Shown here one piece after another: positions 34,669-47,478 of a DNA stretch of 54,972 nt (within the stretch, counting starts at the first letter, position 1; the number at the start of each line of letters is the position of its first letter). Source of the stretch: Folioceros fuciformis (taxonomy: Eukaryota); assembly GCA_049999805.1 (NCBI GenBank), contig JBNGIO010006183.1, positions 72,550 through 127,521 of the forward strand, in the 5' to 3' direction. The position numbers and the translations under genes are program-made. The notes beneath the pieces were generated by a model. It was given only the letters and a program-made list of their open reading frames with translations. It did not search any database and had not been told where the DNA came from.

Positions 34669-37463
34669 ATGGGCGGAGACTGCCTGGACTCTATTGACGA
34701 CATCTTCAGCTGCATTTTGAGCGCAAATTGGGCGCTGCCGCCACCAATCGAGGAGACGCTTGATTTATTTGGCGCTCTGGACGACGGGCTGGAGTCGCTC
34801 CTGCCTGAGCTCCAGGGCGAGTGTGAGCCTGAGCCCGAGCCCAAGGCTCAGGTTGAGCCTCTACCTGAGCCTGCGCCTGACTGTGTGGTTGATGGCTCGT
34901 GGACAGATGCTATCAATGCTATCGATTCAGTCGATGTGGTTGTGAGTCAGAATCTGGCCGCTGCTGCTGCTGGTGCTGCGGCGGCGGGTACCGGTGCGTA
35001 TGCCGAGGCGCTGCCCCATTCCCCTTTCGGTGAGAATCCCGCCGGCTATGGGGCGAACTGGGACACGATGCGAGGTCACTACGGAGGGAACGCCTTCCAG
35101 TCGGAGCTCGGAGTGGGAGACTGGACAGTGCCAGAAGTGACCTACCACGTTATTGAAGGTAGAGCGGGGCGCTTTGAATTGTCGTGGAGAATGTGGACCA
35201 TGTCGAACTTATCCATGCCTTTCTATACGGAGCCCACTGACTCTGTCACAATGACTCCTGCGCAACGTTCATCGGCGGAGGACGCATCTTAAATGCTTGC
35301 TCTTATTCACTTTGTTCATCGCGCAGGGTATGACGAGGATGGTCGGGACGTGGAGGATGGCCACCGTGCTGGAGCAGGATTCGGACCAGCCGACACAACA
35401 CCAGTACTTCGCGCTCCGGTTCCGCTTCCACCCCTGGACGGACCGGCCTACATGCTTCCAGTGCCGCTGTGCTCGCTCAACGGAGTCATCCATGAGCAGC
35501 AACACTCGGTTACCAACATCTCCGGGAGTCTGTCGGCCCGCTACCGTCATGTAGCGGATGAGGAATTCGAGCAGGCCCTTACCACGGGGCTCTTTGCACC
35601 ACCCCGGCGCTGGACTGATGAGGAGCGCGTGATCCACCCCCCAGAGCTGGTCGACACCCGGCGCTGCTTGGACCTGCAGCCTGCTGAGCGGGAGACGCTG
35701 AGGTGGACCGGAGGGGACGGCATTAACGGATTCGCACCAGCGGCGCAGGGTCAGGGGAGGGAGGAATCGATTGTGGACTCCAATTTCACCCATCCCGAGC
35801 CCCGTACCGCGTCCAGGGCTCCACCTGTGAGGCCGCGCCGGCAAAGGCCCAGCCGCGCCGGTAAGTCACGAGCAGCCAAGGCAAAGGCTGCGCAAGCGCA
35901 AGAGGCGGCCAATCAGGCGATTAAAGACAACGATCCTGTTAAGCAGGTGAATGTGAACTTGAAGTTGCGGGATAAGGAGGCAGTGGAGTACACGAATGGA
36001 GATCAGACCACGTTAACCTCGCGTTTAAATTTGCAGACGGCTCACGAGAAGAACGTCGAGGCCAAGAGTAACGAGCCTGTGTCCGTGCCGGTACGAGTGG
36101 TGAAGACTCCGTTTGGGCCTGCCAGGATTCTCCCAAGGCCTTACCCAAGCTCGAGGACGGCATTTGTACAGGCTCCAGCAGAGTCCCTGGAGGATCAACT
36201 GCGGCGAATGACAGCTCCATCTCGGCAACTGGGTGGCTCCTCCAATAGCAAGACAAAGGAGCTCCAGCTTTGGAACCGCAGCATGGATGTCCAAAACCTC
36301 AGGGCTGTGGAGGATGCGATTTCTGTGAAGAGAGCCAGGGCCAGCACGGTGACCAGCATTGACTCGCAGGCCGAGAGTCACTTGTCGGCACCCGTTCGGG
36401 TGCAAGTCCACGCTGTGTCACAGGCTCAGCGACCACGCCCTGCCAATGCGAATGCCCAGCCGGATCCATACCAAACAGAGCCTCACGCTGGTACCTCACA
36501 ATGTCTGCCAGTCACATTCTTTGGGTGGAGTCCGGTGAACGGATCTACAGGGGCAGTGTACAACTTGCAGCCCGCGGCAACTGCTGAAGGAGGAGCCCCT
36601 GCGTTGCTCTCAGCGTATGGATCCGGAGCTGTGCCGGACCTTCCTCCTGCTATGGGCTTCTTTGGTAATCATGAATTTGCCGTGGTTGATTCCTCCCGTC
36701 CAGATTATGTCATTGCTTGCGACTCCGGCGCAGGATGGACTTACAACGCTATTATGCAGTCTGAGAGGGCTTATAGCTCTGCTGAGCCAATAAGCATCCA
36801 TGCCCATGAAGAGCGTGTAGCAGGCTACAGTACTTCGGGGCCCCTGTTCCCCTATGCCTTGATTGACCTGCAGCCAGCAGCGGCTTTGAATTATCCTTTA
36901 CCGGTGCAGCCCAGTCCACCAGCTTATGGCCAGGCCGAGAACCCGAACGTGCTTCGACAGCAGCCGTCGAGCCCACGCCGATTCACTACTGGGGGGACTC
37001 TGACGGCTGAAGGTGAAATCTCCCTCCAGAGATGTATGAGCTCGACAAAGCAGTTTGATCGAAACCAAATTTTCAGTATTTTGTTTGGCATGCTGACTGA
37101 TTCCTGTGTGGCTGTCGTAGAAACTGATCAGGACTCTACGGGACGGGGAGTACATCAGACCCAGGAGACTGTGTCGGAAGACGATAATAATTCTGCTGAG
37201 CCCGCAAACCCAGAACTGGCTGGACACAGCCCTGGCGATGATGGTAAGGCATCACTACCAAAGCATTTGGGCTTCATCTAACAATGGGCTAGCATGTGTG
37301 TGTACTTGTGCCTTGTGGTCTGTTGTCCAAACAAGCTTAAGCTTATTATTCAATTTGTGTGTGACTTTCAGGGACACGCGGTTCAGCTGATGGTGGGAGG
37401 ACACTTCGCTGCCCGACGATCTATTGGCCCCGATTTGGAAACACGGGGGGATCTCCAAAGTGA
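34669..37463 (+). CDS. Protein of unknown function, island paralog C (4-5 exons)
   Basis: Model: 34669-35158, 35327-37012 (probable internal intron 35947-36036), 37121-37243, 37372-37463. A phase-1 junction joins the 207-aa and 662-aa ORFs. Homologous to paralogs A and B. A (TTCTC)n tract lies in the leader at ~34490-34560. Confidence 0.72.
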
Positions 37464-38899
37464 GCTCCAGCCTGGCTATAGTTAACATCTCAGATCCAGT
37501 CATAGGAGCCATGTCGACATAGCATGCCTTGGCCAATCATCACAAAGCTCGATATTTTGGAGCTCCATGATAGATGAGCCTCGAGCTTGGAGGCCAAACC
37601 TCCACTGCATCTTACGCATTAGATACAACCCTCCGAGGGGGCCTGTCCCTTAAGCAACTTGTACTCGCCCTCGTAACATAATGTTCTATTACATTTTTTC
37701 TCATTATTCTGTGGACGCCGTGGACTTATGGGCAAATTCCCAAGGTTGGGTTACAGATATGAAAACCCAAAGCAAAGGGTACAAATTCTTAAGGTGGGCA
37801 TTAATTTGGAATAACCTTCATCAACCTCTTCTTCTTAGAGTAATCGCTCACCAAAACCAAGAGACTGAATTCACGGAATTAAATATGTGTGAGGTTTTTT
37901 TCAAACAAGTAAAACTTTATGGAATTAAAATATTATTATAATTTTTTTTATTTCATATATATATAAAAATTTCCTAGTATATATATAAATAGATTTTAAT
38001 TAATTATATTTCTCATTTAAGGATGGAGGAATCACCATGTGACAAGAAAATAAGCCATCATAAAAGAAGTTGAAAAAAGAGGGCACAACTTAACCATAAA
38101 AATTCATTATGTTTTTATATTCTGACTTAAATAATGCCAATTTGCAANNNNNNNNNNNNNNNNNNNNNNNNNNNNNNNNNNNNNNNNNNNNNNNNNNNNN
38201 NNNNNNNNNNNNNNNNNNNNNNNNNNNNNNNNNNNNNNNNNNNNNNNGCTTGAAGCATTGTAAGGCATACATTATGTGGCGAGTGCAATATATGGTAAGC
38301 ATACATCAATCATGGCACATTGCATAAATTTGATGCACTATGATTGTCACAAAAGGCAAAGATGTTCGAGTTGTCTTTCTATAAGGAAATGTGATGTAAA
38401 GATTATGTTAAGGACTTACCACTTTGGATGGGTAGAAAATAAGATATAAAGTATTCAGAACCTATGGCTTTGGATGGGTAGAGAATATGGCGTGAAGGGT
38501 ATGTTTAGGACCTATGACTTTGAATGGGTACCAACTATGAATCACTAGGCTCTTTTCCAAGGTATGAAAGTTAACAACTAGCAGTGTGAAGATGGAGAAT
38601 TAGTGTTTATGGTCTTGAAAGGATTAGTATGAGTACATGTTGGCCTTGCAGTTATTGCCCATATGACTGTTATTTGTGAGATGAACAAATGTTTATTTGA
38701 TAATCATACCAGTGCTTGTGTTATAACTATATGGCTATAAATGTATATTAACAACATGAAGAGGACACAAAGATGGATAGATTCACATGTACATATTCAT
38801 ACTAGAATTCATTCAATTATGCACCCATATGATTGTCAAATCATAATAAATTGTCCTTAGTGCATGTTGCTTAAGTACTATGACAATTTATTATACTTT

Positions 38900-39420
38900 G
38901 AACCATCTTTTGTGGTTTCCCATTGGGAGATTGCAGCCATGGCCAGCCATTATGCAATTTGAGATGTCATGTTCTCAATGGCTAGGGGGTGTGAGTTTCT
39001 TCATGTAGGGAGCATCTTTTACTTTGCGCAAAAAGGTTTCGATTATAGGTGACCATTTTTTCTCTAGGCGGAATAGGTTTGTATCATTGATGTGGTTGTT
39101 ATCGATCCCACTAGGGATTCGACCCCTTGGATGGGCGGTAGAGGGTTGTGCAAACGCAAAAGTCCAAAAGTATTCTCCCTTGCAAGACCTACATATTTTG
39201 ATCTGGGGCTATGGGCAAGGACTTTTCAAGGTTTATCAAAGAGTGCGCCAAGGTTTATCAGAGTCTTAGGAATGGTGTTCTCCCTCTTTCCTCTGTGGTG
39301 GCCTTCTTTCAACAACGCATATTATTGCTTTGCAAACAGCATTGGCCGATGCAAATTTTAGGATAGCAACAAGCGCAGGTAATGCGACTTTTTCACCCGT
39401 GGTAGGTATACCTTTTGTTA
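38900..39420 (+). mobile_element. Decayed 3' fragment of an RLE-type (CRE-like) non-LTR retrotransposon
   Basis: Across frameshifts it reads NHLL..SHYAI*DVMFSMAR, then IDVVVIDPTRD..AVEGCANAKVQKY, RFIKECAK and AFFQQRI..ALQTALADA. This order matches the zinc-knuckle plus restriction-like endonuclease C-terminus of CRE/R2-group elements. Confidence 0.65.
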
Positions 39421-39900
39421 TTCTACATCATGACATTTTGGGAGCAGTAGATAGTTTATATAATGATATTCAAAGAGGCTAGTTTTTATAATGACATTCG
39501 TCGAAGAGGTTAGTACCCCTTTTGGCCCTGTTACATCATGACATTTTGGGACATTCTACGAGCAGTAGATAGTTTTTATAATGATATTCAAAGAGGTTTT
39601 TATAATGATATTCAAAGAGGCTAGTACCCCATCATGACATTTTGGGAGCAATAGATAGTTTTTATAATGATATTCAAAGAGGTTTTTATAATGATATTCA
39701 AAGAGGCTAATACCCCTTTTGGCTCTTCTACATCATGACATTTTGGGAGTAGTAGATAGTTTTTATAATGATATTCAAAAGAGGTTTTTATAATGATATT
39801 CAAAGAGGCTAGTACCCCTTTTTGGCTCTTCTACATCATGACATTTTGGGAGCAGTAGATAGTTTTTATAATGATATTCAAAGGGGCTAGTACCTTTTGG
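39420..39900. repeat. ~100-bp tandem repeat (~5 copies) with an internal 23-24 bp subrepeat
   Basis: ctacatcatgacattttgggagcagtagatag(tttttataatgatattcaaagagg)x2 ctagtacccct recurring. Confidence 0.9.
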
Positions 39901-40701
39901 CCTGCTCGAGTTGTTCCAAATTTGGAGTAGATGAGACTTTCCATCTCTTTTTCAAGAATAGACAATATAATTTTGTGGTTTCCATGTGTTGGATGCTTCA
40001 TAATATACTTGATATTACTTTGAAAGATGATTAATAGAAGTATCAACAACCTTTAGAAAAATCTTCAAGAAAAGTTTAACTCATGCTAAATGCCATCTAG
40101 GACCACAAGAAATGTGCAATGTGAAATTAGTAGGGTTTGGAAACATGGAAGTCATATATATTTAGATATTTAAAAAACGGATACCAATCTTAATAACAAT
40201 AAAATCACTTTTCTGGAGTGATGGGACTTCCCTAAAGATGACATGCCAAGCAGCATCCTTCCATAAAATACGAAGGTTGATTATTAAAATTAACTTGTAT
40301 TTATCTTCAAATTAAAATTAGCTTATATTCATCTTGTAGTGTTTTTACAATTTCTTCAATTTCTGAGAAAGTGGATTCCCATGGGCCTAGCCTTCTTCTT
40401 ACTACCAGAATTCGCATCAGAGTCAATTTCATAAGAGGGTCAGAAGAAATCATTCCGTACATGACTGAAGGCAAGAGCCTGGCTCCAATGTAATTAGGGG
40501 GCAAAATTGACTGGATTGTTCGTACATCAGGGTGATAAGTTACATCACCCTTTAAGAGTCATCAATCGCATGTGAAGACTCAATGAAACCTTTTCGACTT
40601 GGCAACGTCGATCCTTGCTTCTGACTAATTTATGAACATACTAGACTGTCCTGAGAAAGAGGTGCGTGGTTGGATAGTATACAATGGAGGCACAAAACCC
40701 C

Positions 40702-43700
40702 TCAAGAAGTTTCATAGCTTGACAAAACTGCGTCTGTGTGCACTGTAAACAGCTGGGTGTCTGCAAACAGCTGCCAATTAAGCAAGCAGTTCAGAGTGTT
40801 AGGATCCTATTCACAATGGGACTATTGGGCCTGTTGAGACCACCTACGTGTCAATGCACCCATGGAACATAAAGGATGGGATACAGTACCTTGATGAAGG
40901 GCCGGTCCCTGCTGGCGAATGAATCGATAAAACTCTCCTTCAGAAGTAGGGACACCTGATAAGAGAACACGAGGAAAATTGGCAATGCAATCGGCAATAT
41001 GATCACGAACTAATCAGATCTGCACAGTGCATAAGCGGAGAGTTACATACCCTGTCATTGTTTGATTGTACATTGGTGATGGTATGAGAACGCAGATTCA
41101 TGCAAAGAGAGTCCAAGTAGCTTTTCAGAACTGCGAGAAATCCATCTGCTGCTTTGACCTGCATGCAATTATTTTGACGCATATGACTTACAAAAGCTCT
41201 TATCATCACGAAGGAATAAAGAGCCTAGGACAGCAATACATACCTGAGCGTCATTATTCTCGTTCACTGGATGTCGCTGTGCGGAGCTACATTCAGCAGC
41301 TAGTTTGGCATGATAAGGCTCCAGAGCACTTGCAAGCTCTCTATGGCGTGGAAGTGCTGGCATGGATGACATTTTTACCTGCATCACTCAACATCAGATA
41401 GGTTCTTAGTTTGTAGAGTTTAGGGTTTATTGTTGGTCAAACTTTGTGACTAGCGGCATTCTAATTTGTAGTTAGACGAATTATTGTTGGTTACACTTTT
41501 TGACTAGAACCATTCTAGTTTGTAGATAAAAGAATTATTGTTGGTCATTCTTTGTGATTAATTCAAGCTGGTCATACGGGAGGACATCAACGTGCCCAGC
41601 AAAAGAAAACCACCTTATCTTTGTCCACATTTACACGAATCAGGCTAGAAGATTTGGCTTGTACTTCAGGATATTTGTATTGGACACCAACCTGTCAGAA
41701 AGCCCAGCCAAACTCAGCACTGGGAACATACTCGTCCTCTATTTTCAGCAATAAGTGGGAGAAAAAGCGTTACCACGAAAGGCACAGGAGCATCAAGAAA
41801 GTCCAGCATCTTGCTTGGAAGTACCTGCGAAACAAGATACACAGATTGATTCAATATTTTCATTTTCGTTGGTAATTCATCCAACATGCGCTCAGACTTA
41901 AACCGTACCGGCAGCAAGAGGCTCTGCCATTCATACGGCCGAAGCATTGGGATCAATGACAGAACAACTCCTGATAGCACCCCCTGCACGTGCAGAACAT
42001 CAGAAGTATTGATCAGAGGCTCAATAAGCGACAGGTACAAACTGGCTGCTGAATAACTGGAGGAGTTGGGGTTTTACCAGATTCGAACACACTACAACCA
42101 TTTGCTTCTCCAGCAAAGCGCTGGCAAACATAGCAAGAATCTAAAACAACAACCAAATTGGATGAGTTACAGTGAATTTAACGGGGGACTGCAGCACTGA
42201 CAAGGTCAAACTCGAAGATAGTTTACATTCTCAAGGGAAAGGACTCTACAAATAGTTGCTGTAGTCCACACAGCAACAGACATCGCTTCTTCAGCTGCCA
42301 TTGCTGCTGCGTGTGCCTGATTCAATTGTGAAGTCATTAGAAACAAGTTGGCCATGCAATGCATTTGTTTCAATATCACAAAACCCATGCTAATTTAAAA
42401 GCTGCGGCACATGTCTCTAGGAATCTGATACGCACATCAAACAGGCAGTTCAAGATAAGGACCAGCAATTATGCTAAACAGCGAATACCTCAGCAGCTTC
42501 GAGATTGGTCCTAAAAGTTTTTCGACCCAAACCCCATCCAGAAACAGCTGTCAATCGTGTAAAGTTAATGGGTTGCACATGGCTCAATGGTTGAAAATCC
42601 ATGGAACTTCCACGCTCAGGAATTGGTGTGCGATGATAGGCACAAATAATCCGTAAAGAGTCATTATTGTTGGCCTGACAAAACCCCAGGCATTTGTTGT
42701 AAGCCAGATATTTACAAACAAGACGACAAGCACTGGCTATCAGAACGAATCAACACCTCCCACCAGTTAACGTACCTCAGCCCAGGCAAGAACAGCATCA
42801 GCACCAGTGTCTTCTTGACCAGCAGCTACCTCGTCATCTTCTTCATCTTCAGAATCCAAGCTCCGCAGCGAGCTCTCTAACATACTGCAACCAAGAGAAG
42901 CAATGTGAATCTCTATGACATGCAAATCTGGGGCAAACAGCTCTCTCTGAGAAAATGTGGACAACGAGAATTGATTCCCAACTATCAGGTGGTAGCCTGA
43001 ACTCATTACCTGTAGTTTGATTCCGAACTGTCTGCACGTTCGTGATGTGGCTGGGGTCGAAGTAATGGTGCAATACTCTCCACTGCAGAGCCTGAGGCAG
43101 TGGAGTCTACTTCCCCAGCAGCTTGTAACGTGGAGGCCTTGTCAAAGCTTTGGCTTCTGCCATCCTCATCTTCTGGATGGATTTTCATATCCTCTCTAGC
43201 ACCATGACTGATGTTCTCTTGAAGAGCTGACGTGACTTCAATTCCTTCGGAAAGCTCATGCTCCTCAGAGGACCTCAACAGAGAGCCTGACCGCGCGGAC
43301 ACAAAATCTGCCGACACATCTGGAGAGGCAGGTGCTGATCCTTTATTTGAAGAAAAGGATTTCACCTTTTCCTCAGATATCAGACCGGCAGCTGCTGCTG
43401 TAGCCCCTAGAACAGAGTCAACAGGGATTGCATCTTCCATCCAGCCGTTAGGATCACGTCTTGATGGAGAGGCATTGCCATTACCCTTGCTGCCCGTTTT
43501 AACCATTGGAGGCACATCATCTAGAAAACTCATCTCACTTACGCACTTTGTTATCCTGTCCAGCCGCTCCTGTGCAATGATGCTGCAATTGATATGTGAA
43601 CATGAGAGGACAGGACAAAGCTTACAAAACGGAGGGCCTATAGCTGTAGACCTTAAGTGGAACAACAGAAGAGATGCTAGCTCACCTGTTTAGAACTTCA

Positions 43701-45465
43701 AAATGAAGGTTGAAGAAGGGCAATTTTGTAAGGATGCAATAACATCGAGGGGCTGAAACTAAGAATCGACCAGTTGGAGAACTTGGAGGTGACATTGCTG
43801 TGCTAAGGGATAGGATTCCCGGTAGTCTCTGTACAATTTCTTGAACCAATACGCAAACTCCGTACAAGGTCGCATTGTCCGCCACCTATAAATTACTCTA
43901 GAAAGTGAATTGGGAGACACAAATCACCAAAACAGGACCAGGCTGAGGCAAAGACACACCTTCAGACGGAAAACGAAAGAGAGATCATCCCTTTTCAAAT
44001 GAGCCTGCAAACAAGAACCCATCATTAGGTTAAAGCCCCCCTCATCACGATCCCAAAGCTGGTAGTGACTATGGCAGCATATAAATTCAAGTCCCTACAG
44101 GTAGACACTCGAGTACCTGGCCATACATAACTTCATTCAGCTCGCTCATTGAGGGAGTCCTCTCCATTAGCTTTGCCTGCCAGTGAGCACCATTGTCATC
44201 ATCAACTTCCTAACACTCACAACGTCAACTTAGAAAAGCAGACTGGCATGCCCCTTGTATCTAACTACATCTAAGTTTCATTTCTTGTCAACCAAAAGCA
44301 AACAAAAATCTCATCCGAAACTTGCGCAAAGTACCTCAACGCCTCCTGGAAAACAAAATGCAGGAAGATCTTTACTTTTCAATGGCAGCCTCTTGTTTGG
44401 TGGGAATTTGAACAAGACCTACACCGAAAACATGGACGCACATGCCAAAACCGTCACAGCAATCCTTCGAGGAAGAGAAAAATCAAGAGTATTGCATGCA
44501 ACACCAATCATGGTGAAGCGTACCCTTGAAAGCTACAAAGCACCCACAGCTCTTTCAGCTCATTTCATACCTCTACAGAAGAAACAGAATGACAAATCAA
44601 ACTACTTTGCAAGCCTGGACTGCATCTCATCAAGGTAACACAGCATGCCACACCTTTCTATTGTAAATATTCCAATCTTACGTTCTCCCTACACTATTGA
44701 GAGCTTAGACAAAAGAGCACCTGCGGCTCGAGCGTTGAAACAGGGGGAGCGCGCTTTTGCATGACAACTTCTCCCACAAGCCTCTCAACTTTGTCTTGAA
44801 GGTCCCTTTCCCAAGCTTTCTTCCTGGCAAATGCTGCCTCTGTTGCCTGGACATTGGTGTTTGGATGCAATCCCACCACCACGAAGTGCTCAAAAATGGC
44901 TGTGGGCTCCGTCCTAGGCCTCCGTTCCTGCCACATTGACGATCGGCCAGTACACAAAGATGAAAATGCACAGTACCTAGACCCCTTGAACGCAGCTACA
45001 CACATTCCATCAGACATGAGCAAACCATTCTTCCCGATCCTGGTCAGCCTGATGTGGCTCTGAGATGCTAGACCATGCATTTCAAGACCAACTACACAGT
45101 GCGTCGTAGTGAAAACAAGCATCGCAATTTTTACGAGTTTGCAATTAAAATCATACCAGAGCTAGGAGCTGAAGGTCACTCCATTGGCGCTTCTGCTTGG
45201 TGAGCACTTCCGGATTGAAGGCGTTCCTCCTGTAACCCTCTCCTGAATTGGCACTCCATTTCAGGACTTTCTGCAAATGCCTTCTCCACTTGTTCAGACT
45301 GCTGCCACTGGGGTTCTTCGAAGATATAACAATAGAAGGACGAGGGCGAACAGCGGCAGCAGCAGCTACAGCCGCCCTTGCTACCTCCTCCGTAGTTTGT
45401 TGAAAGAAGGAAGGCCGGCGATCAATTTGATCAGAGCTCGAACTGTCAGCCATAACATTGTTCAT
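40702..45465 (-). CDS. DENN (AEX-3) domain protein, putative Rab GEF, multi-exon
   Basis: FEHFVVVGLHP, LPAFCFPGGVE, VADNATLYGVC, PRCYCILTKLPFFNLHFEVLN, LLEKQMVVVCSNL|GVLS, RPYEWQSLLLP|VLP..MLDFLDAPVPFV and LFADTQLFTVHTD. All introns are GT-AG. The start ATG at 45465 or 45453 follows a leader intron. Confidence 0.9.
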
Positions 45466-47478
45466 GGACACCTAAAAGTAACAGTGATGTCTACCCAATT
45501 CTCGACAGACGCCCAGTACCCCTATATGAGCTAGGGCAGCCCATGCTCTGGTGAAAACCACGAGCACGGACAATGCATGAAGCGAGCCAACCTTAGCAGT
45601 AAAATCTGATCATCCCATTCCAAGCGAAATACATACTTGCTCCCTGTCACACCAGATGGCGAATGAGAAGCAACTCTAGGGACTGTCGGCCCCCCCTGTC
45701 AGAGGGCTGCCTGAAAACCATCAAACATCTGATCATTGAAACGTGCACAACATTTTGAAGATATCCAACTAAACAATATGCTCACCACTGGAAATTGGAC
45801 AGTCCGACGGGCACACGCTGTGGAGAGAGTGAAACCAACCCTAATGACCCCGTTCCTCCGACACCTTCAGCCACTCTCCTAAGCTGGCCTGATAGGGCCA
45901 AGCTCCTGATGAACCGACCCCGTCTGTACGTCAACCCCAACGTGTGCACACTCCACATACGACCGTCCCCACCACAACCAAAGGACGGAAGAAATTGGAT
46001 AGTAAAATGCGCAGCCGCCCACTGGCATAACCAGCACAGCTACACAGGGCTTCGAAGCGCACCCAAACACACGTGCTCCCTCGTTAACCTTCCTCGACCA
46101 ATTGATCGCAAACCAATTCCTAAACGAGCTGTGGGCCAAAGGCGATGCCTCTCCGTCGACGGTGCAGCTGATCCCCACAGAATTGAGCAGGCCTGATGAG
46201 CCGTGACCAGGGACACAGGCGCAGACCCGCAGTTTCTGCCAGCCGAAGGACAAAAACCCTGGATGAAACAATTTAGGCGGAGCAATCCAGAGACACGCTC
46301 CTAGACCGAGCAACCCACAAAGCTACATGGAAAATCCTGCACCAATCTAGCTTGCTCCACCGGAGCAGGGCTAGAGAGCTCCGCCCACACAGCACTGGTG
46401 CTCTCTGCGCTGCAGCCTCGCCACTCCTGGACGCCGTCAACCAGGGTCGCAGTCCGGTAGACTCCCACACTCGCCTCCGGCGGGTACTGGGTCTAGTTCT
46501 AGTGGTAGTGCGCGTTGCTCTCCGTTAGTGCGTCGCCAGCGTTGATGTTTGTGTGCATGTTTTTCTGTTGGCCGGCTCACTTGGCCTCCCCGTCCTCGTA
46601 ACTCAACAAGTAAGCGTCAGGATAGAAACCATGTAGACTACGCACAATTGGACCAAGGGGGCTGTTCATTTAGGTACTCGGGACCCTGAACGGCGTTCAG
46701 TCCTATTCCGACACCAGCGCTTGGGGTGTGTGTAATGACATACGGGAAGCTCCAAGGATCGAAGATTTCCTGTCATCGGCAGAGATTCAGAAGCCCCCGT
46801 TGCAGGAAGGCCTGCTAACTCGTCATGATGTGAGCTGCAAATATGGGATACTTTGGAGGCGAAGAAATGCGGCAGGAACGTAGTCTCAACGGGCTGCAAG
46901 GCACTGTAAGGACTCTCATGGATGGCTATATTATACCAGTTTGCCAAATTCGGCAGGCCACACTCTCGTAACGCAGTTCCCCGCCGCAGGTGCGTGTCAC
47001 AGAGGTCCAGGTGGCTGCCTCCGACACCTCGACTTGCACCAAACAGTCAGGCCTACACATGGAACCATGGCCTCCACACCGGGACCCCACCCTTGCTTCC
47101 GACCTAGGACTGGGTTACAGCGCCACGGAGCGCCTTCACGCAAACATTGGCGTGTAGCATGTACGTTCACATTCTCATGGAATGTTCCCCAGAACTGTTG
47201 CCCCAAATTTTGTCGCACTCTACTATACAAAAGTGTAAACAACAGGCGGGATCACAAATATAAGAATAAAACCAAGTTGCCAACAGGCACACTCCACGTC
47301 TCCTCGACCACAACTCTCCTGTCTCCGGGGAAAACCCATGATCCGGTAGGTGCATACGTAATTGCTTTGATGGCAACAGTTTATGCAACATGGAACATTG
47401 ATGTTGAAACGGATGAACCATGCACCTCTGCAGACCCCGCTTGGAGAGCTTCGGACCTTCAAGGAGCAAGCAGGGCCC

